Source: Paraphysomonas bandaiensis
Lineage: Eukaryota; Protista; Chrysophyceae
Direction: 5' to 3'
DNA: 64,000 nucleotides
Assembly (NCBI GenBank): GCA_965644295.1
Contig: CBFFRP010000253.1
Span: forward strand, 106,223 to 170,222
Below, in pieces: positions 50,115 to 61,775 of this stretch. Both the position numbers and the translations under genes were made by a program. How positions within the stretch are numbered: position 1 is the stretch's first letter; every line of letters begins with the position of its first letter. A model generated the notes under the pieces. The model saw nothing but the letters and a program-made list of their open reading frames with translations. It was not told the DNA's origin and searched no databases.

Positions 50115-52440
50115 ATGTCTAATAAAAGTATAGAATTTAGTTCTTATATCATTCCAGATCATTATTTGGGACATTTTGATATGCTTCGACATAAGAGTCG
50201 TAATCACGCCTATGCAAATGCCATATCATACAGAGCTCATCGATATAGTGATGTATCAGACGGTCTATGGGTTGACTTGGGCTGTGGTAGTGGTTTATTA
50301 GGATGTTTAGTAGCAAAAAAATTGAAAAATAAAGTTGTTTCCTTTGAATGTGTTCCGGCTTTAGCTAAAATAGCAAGAGAAACGATACGTCGTAATCATC
50401 TTGAGGATTATGTTACTGTTTGGTTAACGCATACGAGTGAAATAGATTCCGAATTTATGATTCGCACATTTGGCACTAAAGCTGTGTGTGTGATATCTGA
50501 ATTACTGGATACTACACTGCTAGGTGAAGGGCTTTATGAAGGTTTAGAGCATGCTCGTAGGCATCTACTTTCACCCCCATCTCCATCGACTGATGCTCGC
50601 CTTGGAATGATTCCTCATGCCGCCAGGGTGTATGTCCAGGTAGATAGCAAATGCTGTAAACCTCTCTATCAAATTAAGTACTCGGTATATACAGGCCTAC
50701 TCAGGCGAATGTTTAAGTGGATACAGCCATCTCAATTATCTTTCATCTCTTGGACTTGAGAATATACCACACTCTGATAGGTGCACATTTTCCTCCGGCA
50801 GCACTGTTCAATGGGGCCCATTCCTTCGCGCTGGCGCACTGCCTGCCTCTGCGGCTGTAGAAGTATTGCACTTCAACTTCACTTCACTTGGCACTTCTGG
50901 GTCTGCTAGAGTTGATGTCGAAGTAACTGGAGAAGTTGATGCTTGGGTTGCTTTCTGGACTTGTTGTTGCGCATGTGACGCCTCTGGAAATTGTGCAACT
51001 GGCGATTATATCGGCTTCCATACTCAACCCTCTATAGCACCGGGGGATAATTCATGTGATCACTGGAGACAGGCAGTTTTTTTTCAGCCTAGGGCGAGTG
51101 ATACATGTATGAAATTCGCTGGGGAAGAACGCAGTGTAGTTAAGTTAATAGTAAGCCATGACCAAGATGATATATGGGTTACACCAGCCTCCACTGTGGA
51201 GAATGAAATTCACTCAGGGGTTACTAAAAGTGGTAAACGGCAGCGTGACAGTGATGAGTTCCCTAATATAGATGTTGGGCTGTCAAGCGATATGAATCTG
51301 ACCAATGTGAGGCCTGTTTGCACTTGCGGACTCCATGCCTGCTTCTCGTGTTTCCATATTCGCCACCTTAATTCCGCTCAGATGCATGCCCATATCGTTG
51401 GTCTAGAAAATACTATCAACTCGCTTTGTTCTGACCGTAACAACTGCGGTATGCCTGGTGGCTGCGTACTGCTGATAGGTGATAGTATTCTAGCTCCTGT
51501 ACTGGTCGCCCGAGCTATTCAAACTTATTACCGTGGTGAGAACACTCGCAGAAGCAATCGATGTGGATGGCGGGTAGTATGTCTTTTTTCTTCCAATGTA
51601 GCCATGCTGTGTGGTAAACGACTGCTTGAATGTAATATTTCTACACAGTTTAATTCTGATTTGGTGAAATGGGTGTGTATGGAGCATTATGATGGGGAAG
51701 ATAACGGTTGGATAGATGAGATATCTAAGGCTGTTGAGGGTGTGTGGGAAAACATATGTACGATTCATAGTGCTCCATACTTCTCCTCATTACACGACGA
51801 ATGGGCTGTTGAACATTTTCTCTTTCTTTGTAGTGCGTGGAGCCTTCTTAGAGAGCGAGTACTAGCAGATGATACCAACAATATTATTTATGAGTCTACT
51901 AGATTTATGAAAGTCATGCCGAGGGGCGGAGTGTATGAGTATGACATGTACGTGGATATGTATGTGGGTGTATTTACAAGCGAGTTCTTGTGGGCGGAAT
52001 ACACTGGTGAGATTAATGACGTCGAGGGTATAGATATGAGCGCAATTAATGAGCTGATGTCTAGCATACCAATCGAAAACACGCATGTAACTTCTATTCG
52101 TCTTTCGCAGTGGGGGGCGAGTGTTAGTGGGGCCACTTTAATTGGCACCATGTCGTTAAAAAATATTATAGAAAGTGGGGAGTGGAACGCTAGCGGACAA
52201 ATTTGTGTGCCATCATCTACTTCCGATCAATGCTTTCACGGAGTTGCACTATACACTACTATTAGGTACAGAACTGTAGATATTCATGAATTGTCTGGTG
52301 AGCCTGTTACCCATCCGGAGGATTTACAGGCGTTCAGGTGCTTCCAAGTACCAGCTCAAGTGCCTTCTGGCGAAAATTTTACGCTAAATGTATCTTGTGA
52401 AATTGGAGGTGATGGCTTCGTTGTTTCTATAATTAAATAA
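50115..52440 (+). CDS. PRMT7: Protein arginine methyltransferase 7-like (tandem PRMT modules); intron 50640-50694
   Basis: DMLRHKSRN, DLGCGSGLL, ELLDTTLLGEG double-E loop, DHWRQ, and the PVCTCGLH inter-module zinc site. Confidence 0.82.
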
Positions 52441-52800
52441 TCTATTGTATTTCTGTAAAACCACTTGTTGTAAGATAAATTCTTACATTGTATGTACATA
52501 AGTCAACATCACTTCTGAAACAACTCTATTTATTCTTGATTGCTATCAATAGTCAATAGCGTATAGCATGTATATCACGTTCATAGCAGCATAACAGCTA
52601 GACGCATCGATCAACATACTTTTGCAATTCTGAATTCAGTACCTATCATGCCAATAAAAAGATATAAGTTTCACATCTATCTACTGTAAGCAGAAAAGAT
52701 AAAAAGTCACAGTAATGTCCATAGTTAAATTCACATTAAGACTCTGTATTAAATATACATGCATGCTGCTCATAAGACCTCTAACAAGCAATACTATTGA

Positions 52801-53682
52801 CTAGCTTCTAACGTCCATTCCTTTTAACCCACCTCGTAAGCTATCTGTTCGTTTCTTTCCAAGTTTGCTTTTGTGTTTTCCTAGGGTCGCCCCTGGCATC
52901 GTAGAAGGCACGAATCCATCTCTGAGGCACACATGGTTGTTAGCAAGGGGTGTACAACTATATGATTTCTCCTGTAGGAAAGTAAGCACCGCAGAGGATT
53001 CAGCCCCTTCAAAGTCTCTTCGGGTTGTTTCAACAAGAATTACATCTATCTCAACTTCTTGAAAGTCCGTGCCTTGTAAAACCTGTAACTCTCCACCCTC
53101 CACATCTAGGACCCATATATCAATGTGGCGAATTTCTAATTTGCGCATAATGTCTTTAAAAGGGATACACTGTACTTCCCGTACACGATCAGAACTTCGT
53201 GTGAGATGATACATCTTATGAAATCTCCTTATAAACTCTGGTTCCATAAACTCTAATATACCATCCACTGGACTACCACCAATACGAAATAAATAATGTA
53301 AAGTACGTGATTCATTACATAATGCAGCATTAATATTTATAGAATGTGGACGATTAATTTGTAAAGCATTATAATGATGACTATTTCCTTCTATGTGTAT
53401 GGATGTCCAGTTAAATAGATGCTCAAACATATACGTAGTTGAGAAGAGGATTCCATCTAATGCACCTGATTCAATGATGAGTCCATCAATCATACCATAA
53501 AAGAAATTTTCATATAAAAGAATATCTTCCTTCATTTGTGCTTTATGAGAAGATGATCCTGATGATTTATAGAGAGGTGGAGTGAGAGTGAGAGAGGGAT
53601 TGTAATGACATCTAGAGGGTAGAGGGATAGAGGAGAGAGATGAGAGAAAAGAGAGAAAGAGAAGGTAGGGTAGAGATGACAT
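52801..53682 (-). CDS. FkbM-family (Methyltransf_21) methyltransferase with an N-terminal signal/anchor
   Basis: AQMKED, IESGALDG..STT, NAALC and IDIWVLDVEGGELQVL. True start is MSSLPYLL; the YIHT leader in the ORF track is microsatellite. Confidence 0.88.
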   Translation of the reverse strand: MSSLPYLLFLSFLSSLSSIPLPSRCHYNPSLTLTPPLYKSSGSSSHKAQMKEDILLYENFFYGMIDGLIIESGALDGILFSTTYMFEHLFNWTSIHIEGNSHHYNALQINRPHSININAALCNESRTLHYLFRIGGSPVDGILEFMEPEFIRRFHKMYHLTRSSDRVREVQCIPFKDIMRKLEIRHIDIWVLDVEGGELQVLQGTDFQEVEIDVILVETTRRDFEGAESSAVLTFLQEKSYSCTPLANNHVCLRDGFVPSTMPGATLGKHKSKLGKKRTDSLRGGLKGMDVRS

Positions 53683-53739
53683 GTGATGGATGATATTGTG
53701 AATATATGTGATACCAAGCCCCTCAGTTACTATATATAC

Positions 53740-53740
<1 letters not shown>

Positions 53741-53770
<30 letters not shown>

Positions 53771-54296
53771 TGTATGTATGTATGTATGTATGTATGTATG
53801 TATGTATGTATGTATGTATGTATGTATGTATGTATGTATGTATGTATGTATGTATGTATGTATGTATGTATGTATGTATGTATGTATGTATGTATGTATG
53901 TATGTATGTATGTATGTATGTATGTATGTATGTATGTATGTATGTATGTATGTATGTATGTATGTATGTATGTATGTATGTATGTATGTATGTATGTATG
54001 TATGTATGTATGTATGTATGTATGTATGTATGTATGTATGTATGTATGTATGTATGTATGTATGTATGTATGTATGTATGTATGTATGTATGTATGTATG
54101 TATGTATGTATGTATGTATGTATGTATGTATGTATGTATGTATGTATGTATGTATGTATGTATGTATGTATGTATGTATGTATGTATGTATGTATGTATG
54201 TATGTATGTATGTATGTATGTATGTATGTATGTATGTATGTATGTATGTATGTATGTATGTATGTATGTATGTATGTATGTATGTATGTATGTATG
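53741..54296 (-). repeat. (TACA)n microsatellite (TATG on the plus strand), about 555 bp, in a divergent promoter spacer
   Basis: Directly visible; essentially uninterrupted. Confidence 0.99.
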
Positions 54297-54488
54297 CATG
54301 TATGTGTATGGTGAACTGGTACGTGTATATATCACTCTGTTTATTATACTGTAATTCATTATTGACCACCATAGCATACAGTTACTTCACCATATTATAA
54401 CTGTATCTGGCTACCTCAACCCCTTTCTCACTATTCACACTCTTCTTAACCCCCCTAGACCTCTCATATACTCCTTCTGTGTGTCCCT

Positions 54489-55868
54489 ATGGAGCATCTA
54501 GTATTAGATCCAGCTATTAGAAACTGGGTGGTCTTACCCATGTTTTTTATCACTCTATTTGTTGGAATTGGACGTCATTATGTTCAACAATTAATTAAAT
54601 CAAATGATCCAGCTGAAGTGGATACTATCAGATATAAACAGACGGCAATGAGGGCACAGAGATTGAGAATGGCGGGGAATTATATAAGCCCTGATGCATA
54701 TGGGATGCGTAAAGCCTATCTAGCCAGCAAAGTATGTGACATTCATGATTATTTTTATAAGTTGTGCTGTAATCATGGTGTATATAGGAGGGATTACTGA
54801 AAGAGAAGGTTCCCGGACCTCCGAATCCTATGAGTAACCCGACCGCTATGTTCGACATGATGAAAGGCAACATGACATTTATGTTGCCGAATATGGTTAT
54901 GATGGCATTTGTGGGATATTTTTTTGCTGGATTTGTACTTGTTAAGGTGCGATGTGCTTTGTAGAAATTTATATGTGACGTGCCTATAGATGCCATTCCC
55001 GTTGCCATCGAATAGGTTCAAGATGATGTTTCAGGTACGGTGCATTGTGTTCTATGTATCATATCATTAATCTTGTGTTTCAGCGTGGCGTCGATCTAAG
55101 CACTTTAGATGTTTCTTATGTGAGTTCCTTATCCTGGTACTTTCTCGTCAATTTCGGATTGCGTGGAGTGTACCGCCTCTTGCTTGGGGAGAACTCCGAC
55201 CTTGCTGACGAAACCAAAATGATGCAAATGCAGGTTTGTACGATGCTGTTTATTCGCTAGTATTTGTGTGCTATACTGCATTTTTAGCGTTAGTTCGTCA
55301 TATGCTCATATAACATACGTATCAGCTCTATTGCTTTCTACATCATGTGGTGTCTCTATACGTACTATTTACCTCACGCAACAACCTACTATGATCTCTT
55401 TGTATATTACTATTGACGTGCTATGGACAGATGGGTGGTGGTATGGGTGGAGGAGGTATGGGCTTCGACGCCGCTAGTGCCTTCAGACATGAGAGGTAAA
55501 TATAGTTCGACAACATACTATGCATATTTGCTAAATTAGATTTGTACCTACATATCTGAGATCCTGTTGGATTAATTCTGTTTCTGCAGAGAGCTCTTGA
55601 AGCTGAATAAGCACGTGTTTACTGGGGATCAGGCGGAGAAAGATCTCCTCGGTGATAGACACCCTTCAGCTGCTTCTTCGTCGGGTCTTTTGGATCTTTC
55701 ATCGTAAGTGTCACATGACTCTTCCAGTGTGTACTGAAATGTGCAGTCTTCCTCCTGCGTGGTGTTCATATGGTAGTAATTATTATTTTTAGGATGACCT
55801 CTGAGCCTGCAGCTAAGTCCTCGAAGTCTGTGGGTAAGAGAGAGAAAAAATCGAAGAAAAGTGCATAG
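54489..55868 (+). CDS. EMC3: ER membrane protein complex subunit 3, multi-exon
   Basis: LVLDPAIRNWVVLP, GIGRHY, MMKGNM, GFVLVK/MPFPL..RFKMMFQ/RG and LDVSYVSSLSWYFLVNFGLRG. Confidence 0.93.
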
Positions 55869-56507
55869 AGTTTTTTGTAGCGAATAATAGCTTGCGTACT
55901 CGTTCAGTAAACAAGTGTATCCCTATTCCCAGCAAAACAAACATATTTAGTGAATTTAATTTAACACTTTCTGCAACCAGAACTATTTTATCATGTACCA
56001 GTATTGTTGTTACAGGGCACTCATATCGCCACCCGGATAATAACGCCGTTTACAACCCGATCAACGATTACCAACCACACAATTGATGCTCATCAATTTC
56101 TATAAACTTTGCATTAGCATGTGATGGGGATAGGCAATAAGCACATACCCATTAGATGTATCATGAACACTTATCCATCATTAATGATATGAGATATTAA
56201 CTATAATTTTAATAATTGAGTATCCACAACGTAAAAAGTTGATACTGATATACTGATTATCAATTAGCTGCTAGGTTCTAGGTATCGACGTATTCACAGC
56301 TACCTGTGCATTATATTGCGAAAGCTGCGTAAAAAGTATGTTTCGTCGTCACTAAAATAGAATTTCATTAGTTCAACGATGAGATACTAGGATCTCTACT
56401 TCTTCATTATTTAAGCCAAAAGCAATACCGATATTTCGAATTTGCTTTTCATTGACATTAACAATGGTAGGATCCAGCCCTCCTAGCATAAGCCAAAGGG
56501 TTGTTCT

Positions 56508-56767
56508 TGTTGAGATCTGAAGATTCTATATACTTGCAATTGAGTGCAGTATTATGTGAGATGCAAGGATCGAAAGATATATATGTAATTAGTACATTAT
56601 ATTATGTAGTATGAAACTGAAGTAGAAGTGGATGACTATACAGGATACGATCACTGAGTGTGTGGTTTGTACACTATAGTAGTAAATGAATGGTGTTGAA
56701 CACATCGAACACAACTTAGGTTCTTTATCATGTAATGTTTATAATTTCATCTTATCAGTTGAGAATA
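56508..56767 (+). repeat. 5' LTR of family A copy 2 (shared portion; may extend to 56800)
   Basis: Starts TGTTGAGA; identity with the 3' LTR ends after GTTGAGAATA. Confidence 0.93.
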
Positions 56768-56784
56768 GTAAACCTTAGCAAATA

Positions 56785-59700
56785 ATGTCAACTTCTGTTA
56801 TGGTAGCGAATGCTAGTTGTAGGGATGGGGAAGATGACAAGAAGCTACGGTTTGACAAGAACCAAGCAGACTATTCAGCGAGAAAAATCAAGATGCATCT
56901 AATGAAGAAAAACCGAAACCATCTTGGCTTGGAGGACCCGCCAGCCGGAGGAAGGAATTTAGAGTCATGGAGAGAGCGTAATGATACCTGTGTTAGTACT
57001 ATTTGGGAGGCTTGCGAGCATGACCCTGATGTGTTGGAGGTAGCCAATCAATATTTGGAGGGGAAGGCAATTTTACCTGCTGATGATCCTGCTAAGGAGG
57101 TGTTATCCAGTGAGCTCCTTCAGACACTGGTTGATAGGTTCAGAGGCGAGATTGGGACTGTATTGGAGAAGACTACGGCAGAATACCATTCGTTCAAAAT
57201 AAGGCCGGGGGAAAAGGTGTCTGTTGGGGTAGATCGACTGAACGGTATAATCCAGAAGCTCATAAAATTGGGACAACCGCAGACAGAGGCAAGTAAATTA
57301 GCAAAGATAAAAGCAGCGCTGCAGATAGAGGAATTACATGATTTATGGATGTCGGTAGCGATGATGCCTAAAGCAACAACTACATTTGATTCGGTGAAAG
57401 AGGCTTGTGAAGAGTATGACGAGGCTATGACGCAGCTGAAGAAACTAAAGGGAGACAAATCTGAAGAGATCAATTTTACGGCGTCGAAGGAGCCAGTGGT
57501 TTGTTCATTTTGTCGGAAGAAGGGACATGTAGCAGCGAATTGTTATGCTAAGGAACGACAAAGAAAAATGGATAAGTTCAAAAGAAAAGGGAAGACAAAG
57601 GAAAAGGCTTCGAAGAGTGTGCAGCAGCCAGGATCAAAGGATTATACTGGTTGTCATATCTGTGGAGATTTTAGTCATAAAGCCCGACAGTGCAAGTCGA
57701 AAAAACGGAAGAACATAAAAAACCCGGATAATGAGAATCCTCGAAAATCGAACAGGAAATTCGAGACAGAATGGAAGAAATACGTCAACGACGGAGAGTC
57801 GTCGGATGATGAAGCGAATATGTTTGGAGAAGAGGTTTTGCTATCGGTGGATACGTCGGAAGAACCTCGTGTATATCTGGACAGTTGTGCAAGTAAAAGA
57901 CTGTTTATAGTAAAGGATAAAATTGCACTGGAGTCATTTACTCCTGAGTTTGGGGCAATCCAACTAACTAGAAAGGGTTCTCAATTGGAGACACAGGGGG
58001 CTGGTACATTCGGGGAATGGAGAGACATCAGAGTTAGTGAAGAAGCGGTGAAGAACATTGTGTCAGGAGGAATGCTGAGATCAATGGGATACGGATTACA
58101 ACTGCTTCGAAAGCCTAAAATCGTGGAATTGGACTCTGGAAACGAGGTGTTGACTGGAGAGTACGATGAGCATGGAGGAATGCCGTATGTGGACTTGATG
58201 GAGGTGTTAAATCTGCCAAATGTGTCTATGTGCAATCAGATGGAGGAGGTAAATTTGTCGGATAATACAGGACAAGATGCGTTGGATCGCTTACATGAGC
58301 GTACTGGACATGTCTCGAAATCGAAGTTATTAGAAGCTCACCGACACATGTTATTCAGAGGATCAGGACTACAACGACATCACCTTTCGAAGGCAAAGGA
58401 GAAGAGTTGCAAGAAACCCCTGTGTAAATGGTGTGCCAAGGCGAAGATAACCAGGCATTCGTTCAAATCACGGGACAACGAAGAGCTAAGCGCAGTCAGG
58501 TTTCTGGAACGAGTGACAGCGGACATCTCAGTCTACCTCAATTGTGAATCCAGACAAGGGTATAAGTACGTGCTCCTATTTACGGACTTAGCAACAAAGA
58601 TGATATGGGAATATGGATTGAGGACTCGAAGCGGAGAGGAGGTGTTCAAATGTCTACGACACTTGTGCGAGGTCCACTTAGTGAAGTACGAGGGGTGGAA
58701 CCGTATAGTGGAGTATCATGCCGATGGAGGATCCGAACTTATTAGTCAGCAGATAAGAGAGTATCTGTTGCAGCGATATGGGACTCGGGTGTCACATACA
58801 ACACGAGACACGCCAGAGCTCAACGCGGTGTCTGAGAGGAAATTCCGAACAATTGGGGAGATGACACTGACGATGTTGACGGCATCTGGACTTCCAAAGT
58901 CGTTCTGGTTTGATGCTTATCAAACTGCATGTTACATTGTGCGACGAATGCCAACTCGGACGTGGCAAGGATGGATGTCTCCATATGAGTGTGTCCCAGG
59001 GGGGAGCGTTCCCAGCCTATCGTGGCTACGGAAATGGGGGTGCAAAGCATATGTGCTAACACCCAAGGCCGACAGGAGGAAGGACTGGGAGGACAAAGCA
59101 ATGACAGGTTATTTCATAGGGTATCCAGCTGATCGAAAAGGATACAAGGTGCTAGTGTGGGGGACACCGTAGTACACTCTGTACATGTATTATTTGATGA
59201 ATCGGTACCTGAGAGGTCTCAGGATTATTATAGAGAGCTGGAGGAGGCTCAAGTGGCTATAGATCCCGAGGCTCGTCAACCGGGTGAGTTTGAGTATCTT
59301 ATCGGAAAGCACCATGAGGATGGTGGTCTGCTATACAAGACTAACAGAGTGGTGATAAGGAAGGGACTTATTGTGGGATACCGGTCGTTGGTTACTGGTA
59401 ACCAGGTTCAAGTGGAGGATAAAACTCCTATTCATATTGCTGACATCAAGAAGATGACAGAGGATCTTGCGCAGAGGGTGGTTAGGGCCAGAGTTACTGA
59501 CAACCGTGACGGCGGTATCAGCGGAGTGGTGCCACAGCAGTCGGAAAGTGGGCAGGTGCAGCCCCAGGCTGACTCAGCATTACCTTCGGGGGAAGGGACC
59601 CCTGCCGAGAATCATCCGCACGGCAAACGCGCAAGAACTCCAAGGACGGTAACGAATGTGTCGGTGTTAGGACAAATCCATCATTTGAGTGATGAGAGTG

Positions 59701-61389
59701 ATGTGAGTGACCTTTTACAGGAGGCAGACTCAGTGTGGATGTCAGCGGAAGAGTCGACAGTGCCTCAGACACATCGTGAGTCCTTGGAGAGTGCCGAGCA
59801 CAGGGAGTGGAGACGAGCTCGCCGTGTAGAGCGAGAGGGTTTGGCGAAGCGAGATACCATGGAGGTGACTCGTATACCGGACGGAGTCGTCCCACTGCAC
59901 TCCAAGTACGTCTATGGAAAGAAGTACGATAAGGAGGGAGAGGTCCGCCGATATAAGGCTCGTCTTGTAGCAATCGGTTGTGGACAGCAGTCGAGTGGTT
60001 GGGCGAACCATTTCGCACCCGTTGTTAAGGGGGTAACAGTGCGACTGTTAATCGCCATAGCTTTCGTGATGAACATGGTAATTCATCAACTGGATGTGTC
60101 TAACGCATTTCTATATGCAGATATAGAGGGGGATGTATATATGAAGGCAACTCCGGACTTTCAGCTGCCTGAGGGGTACTGCTTTAAGTTGAAGAAGTCG
60201 TTATACGGGCTTCGGAGTTCCCCGCGGTCGTGGTGGAAAACATTGGATAAATTCATACGATCTATGCATTTTAAACCATGTGTATTAGACCCGTGTTTGT
60301 ATTATCAGTATAAGGGCGATGAATTGATATTATTAACGATATATGTGGATGATATCCTAGTGTTAGGTCGTGATGTCAACATAGTGAAGGATATTAAAGC
60401 TCAACTGTGTGCCCGGTTTGATATGAAGGATATGGGCGAGATGGAACATTTTCTGAATGTTCGAGTCACAACTTAGAACGCCAGAGTATATTCGTCTTGA
60501 CCAATCAGTATATGCGGCTAAGATCTTAGAAAAGTTTGAAAAGTATCTTGGGCCACCGCGAAAGGTACGGAAGAGTCCTCTACCGGCGGAAGCAATGGAT
60601 TTAGTGGCAAAAGGGGCGCGGCATGAGCATACCGAGGAGGAACAGCTTATAGTAGATAACTTCCCATATCGGCCGCTGATAGGTGCATTACTATATCTAT
60701 CGATGAACACGAGGCCGGATATTGCCTATGCAGTGGGAGTACTGTCTCGGTTCAGTAATAAGGTGAATATTGAAGTATGCAAGCTATTAACACATGTATG
60801 GCAATATATTCGTGGTTCTATTGACAAAGGGATTCAATATGGGAGTAGACGGTTCGACTTCCATATGTTTACTGACGCGGATTGGGCGGGAGATCAGCTC
60901 TCCAGGAAGTCCACGTCGGGGTACGTTGGGTTTGCAGCGGGAGGGCCTATAGTCTGGCAGTCCAAACTGCAGACGACAGTGGCAACGTCAAGCATGCAGT
61001 CTGAGTATCAGTGTATTTACTCGGGTCTCCAAGAAGTGCTATGGGTTCGGGGGGTGACGGGTGAGATTAAGTTGAGGCTCATCAAACCCACACCATTCTT
61101 CATCGACAGTCAGAGTGCCCAGGATTTGGCCGAAAACCCAGTGTTTCACAAGAAGTCGAAGCACATTGAGATTAAGTATCACATGGTGAGAGAGCACGCG
61201 GATCCCAATCAGTTCAATACGATTAAGTTAGTGCATGTGCATACATCGCAACAAGCAGCAGATATTTATACAAAGTCATTGGTTGGTTTATCATATATGG
61301 AGCAGAGAAAGAGAAATCTTGGAGAGAAAGTTAAGAGTTCCACTGAAGTGATTAATGAGGGACCAAGGGATAAAAGAAGGCGCAAGTAG
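56785..61389 (+). CDS. Copia gag-pol polyprotein (two indels: +GT at 59157-59158, +ACTT at 60471-60474; 1532 aa if both are removed)
   Basis: Same motifs as copy 1 plus YKARLVA, QLDVSNAFL, LKKSLYGL, YVDD and RNase H TDADWAG, SSMQSEY, KHIEIKYH, ADIYTK. Confidence 0.95.
56801..56809 (+). promoter_or_regulatory. Candidate primer-binding site of family A (TGGTAGCGA), inside gag
   Basis: Identical to the first 9 nt of the family B PBS; 16 nt downstream of the gag ATG (17 nt in family B). Confidence 0.6.
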
Positions 61390-61506
61390 GTACTGAGTTT
61401 TTTAGACACAGAGGTTTAGACTTAGAGATGAGTCTATTTTACTGTCAAGAATTTTTTTATCTCAGGCATTCAATAGCTGGGAGGCGTCATAGTACAGCAC
61501 TCAATT

Positions 61507-61515
61507 GAGGGGGAG
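61507..61515 (+). promoter_or_regulatory. Polypurine tract
   Basis: GAGGGGGAG immediately before the TG of the 3' LTR. Confidence 0.9.
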
Positions 61516-61775
61516 TGTTGAGATCTGAAGATTCTATATACTTGCAATTGAGTGCAGTATTATGTGAGATGCAAGGATCGAAAGATATATATGTAATTAG
61601 TACATTATATTATGTAGTATGAAACTGAAGTAGAAGTGGATGACTATACAGGATACGATCACTGAGTGTGTGGTTTGTACACTATAGTAGTAAATGAATG
61701 GTGTTGAACACATCGAACACAACTTAGGTTCTTTATCATGTAATGTTTATAATTTCATCTTATCAGTTGAGAATA
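61516..61775 (+). repeat. 3' LTR of family A copy 2; its last 10 bp are shared with the family B LTR start
   Basis: Direct repeat of 56508-56767. Confidence 0.95.

Larger units (their letters stand above)
56508..61775 (+). mobile_element. Ty1/copia LTR retrotransposon, family A, copy 2 (near full length)
   Basis: 260-bp direct repeats at 56508-56767 and 61516-61775 with no differences seen; PPT present; gag-PR-IN-RT-RH order. Confidence 0.98.

Noticed and set aside
53741-54296. Telomeric repeat or chromosome end
   Set aside because: The arrays are internal, flanked by genes on both sides, and lack G runs.
6457-54400. Many ORFs encoding (YIHT)n or (MYVC)n
   Set aside because: Artefacts: (TACA)n has no stop codon in any of the six frames. 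The flanking genes have their own plausible starts.
56758-56780. Half-tRNA or Tf1-like self-priming site after CTTATCA
   Set aside because: The complement does not form a credible anticodon arm, and pairing with the LTR is only about 10 bp with a 4-nt bulge.
59150-60480. Programmed ribosomal frameshifting in copia pol
   Set aside because: The breaks are copy-specific indels absent from the other copy.
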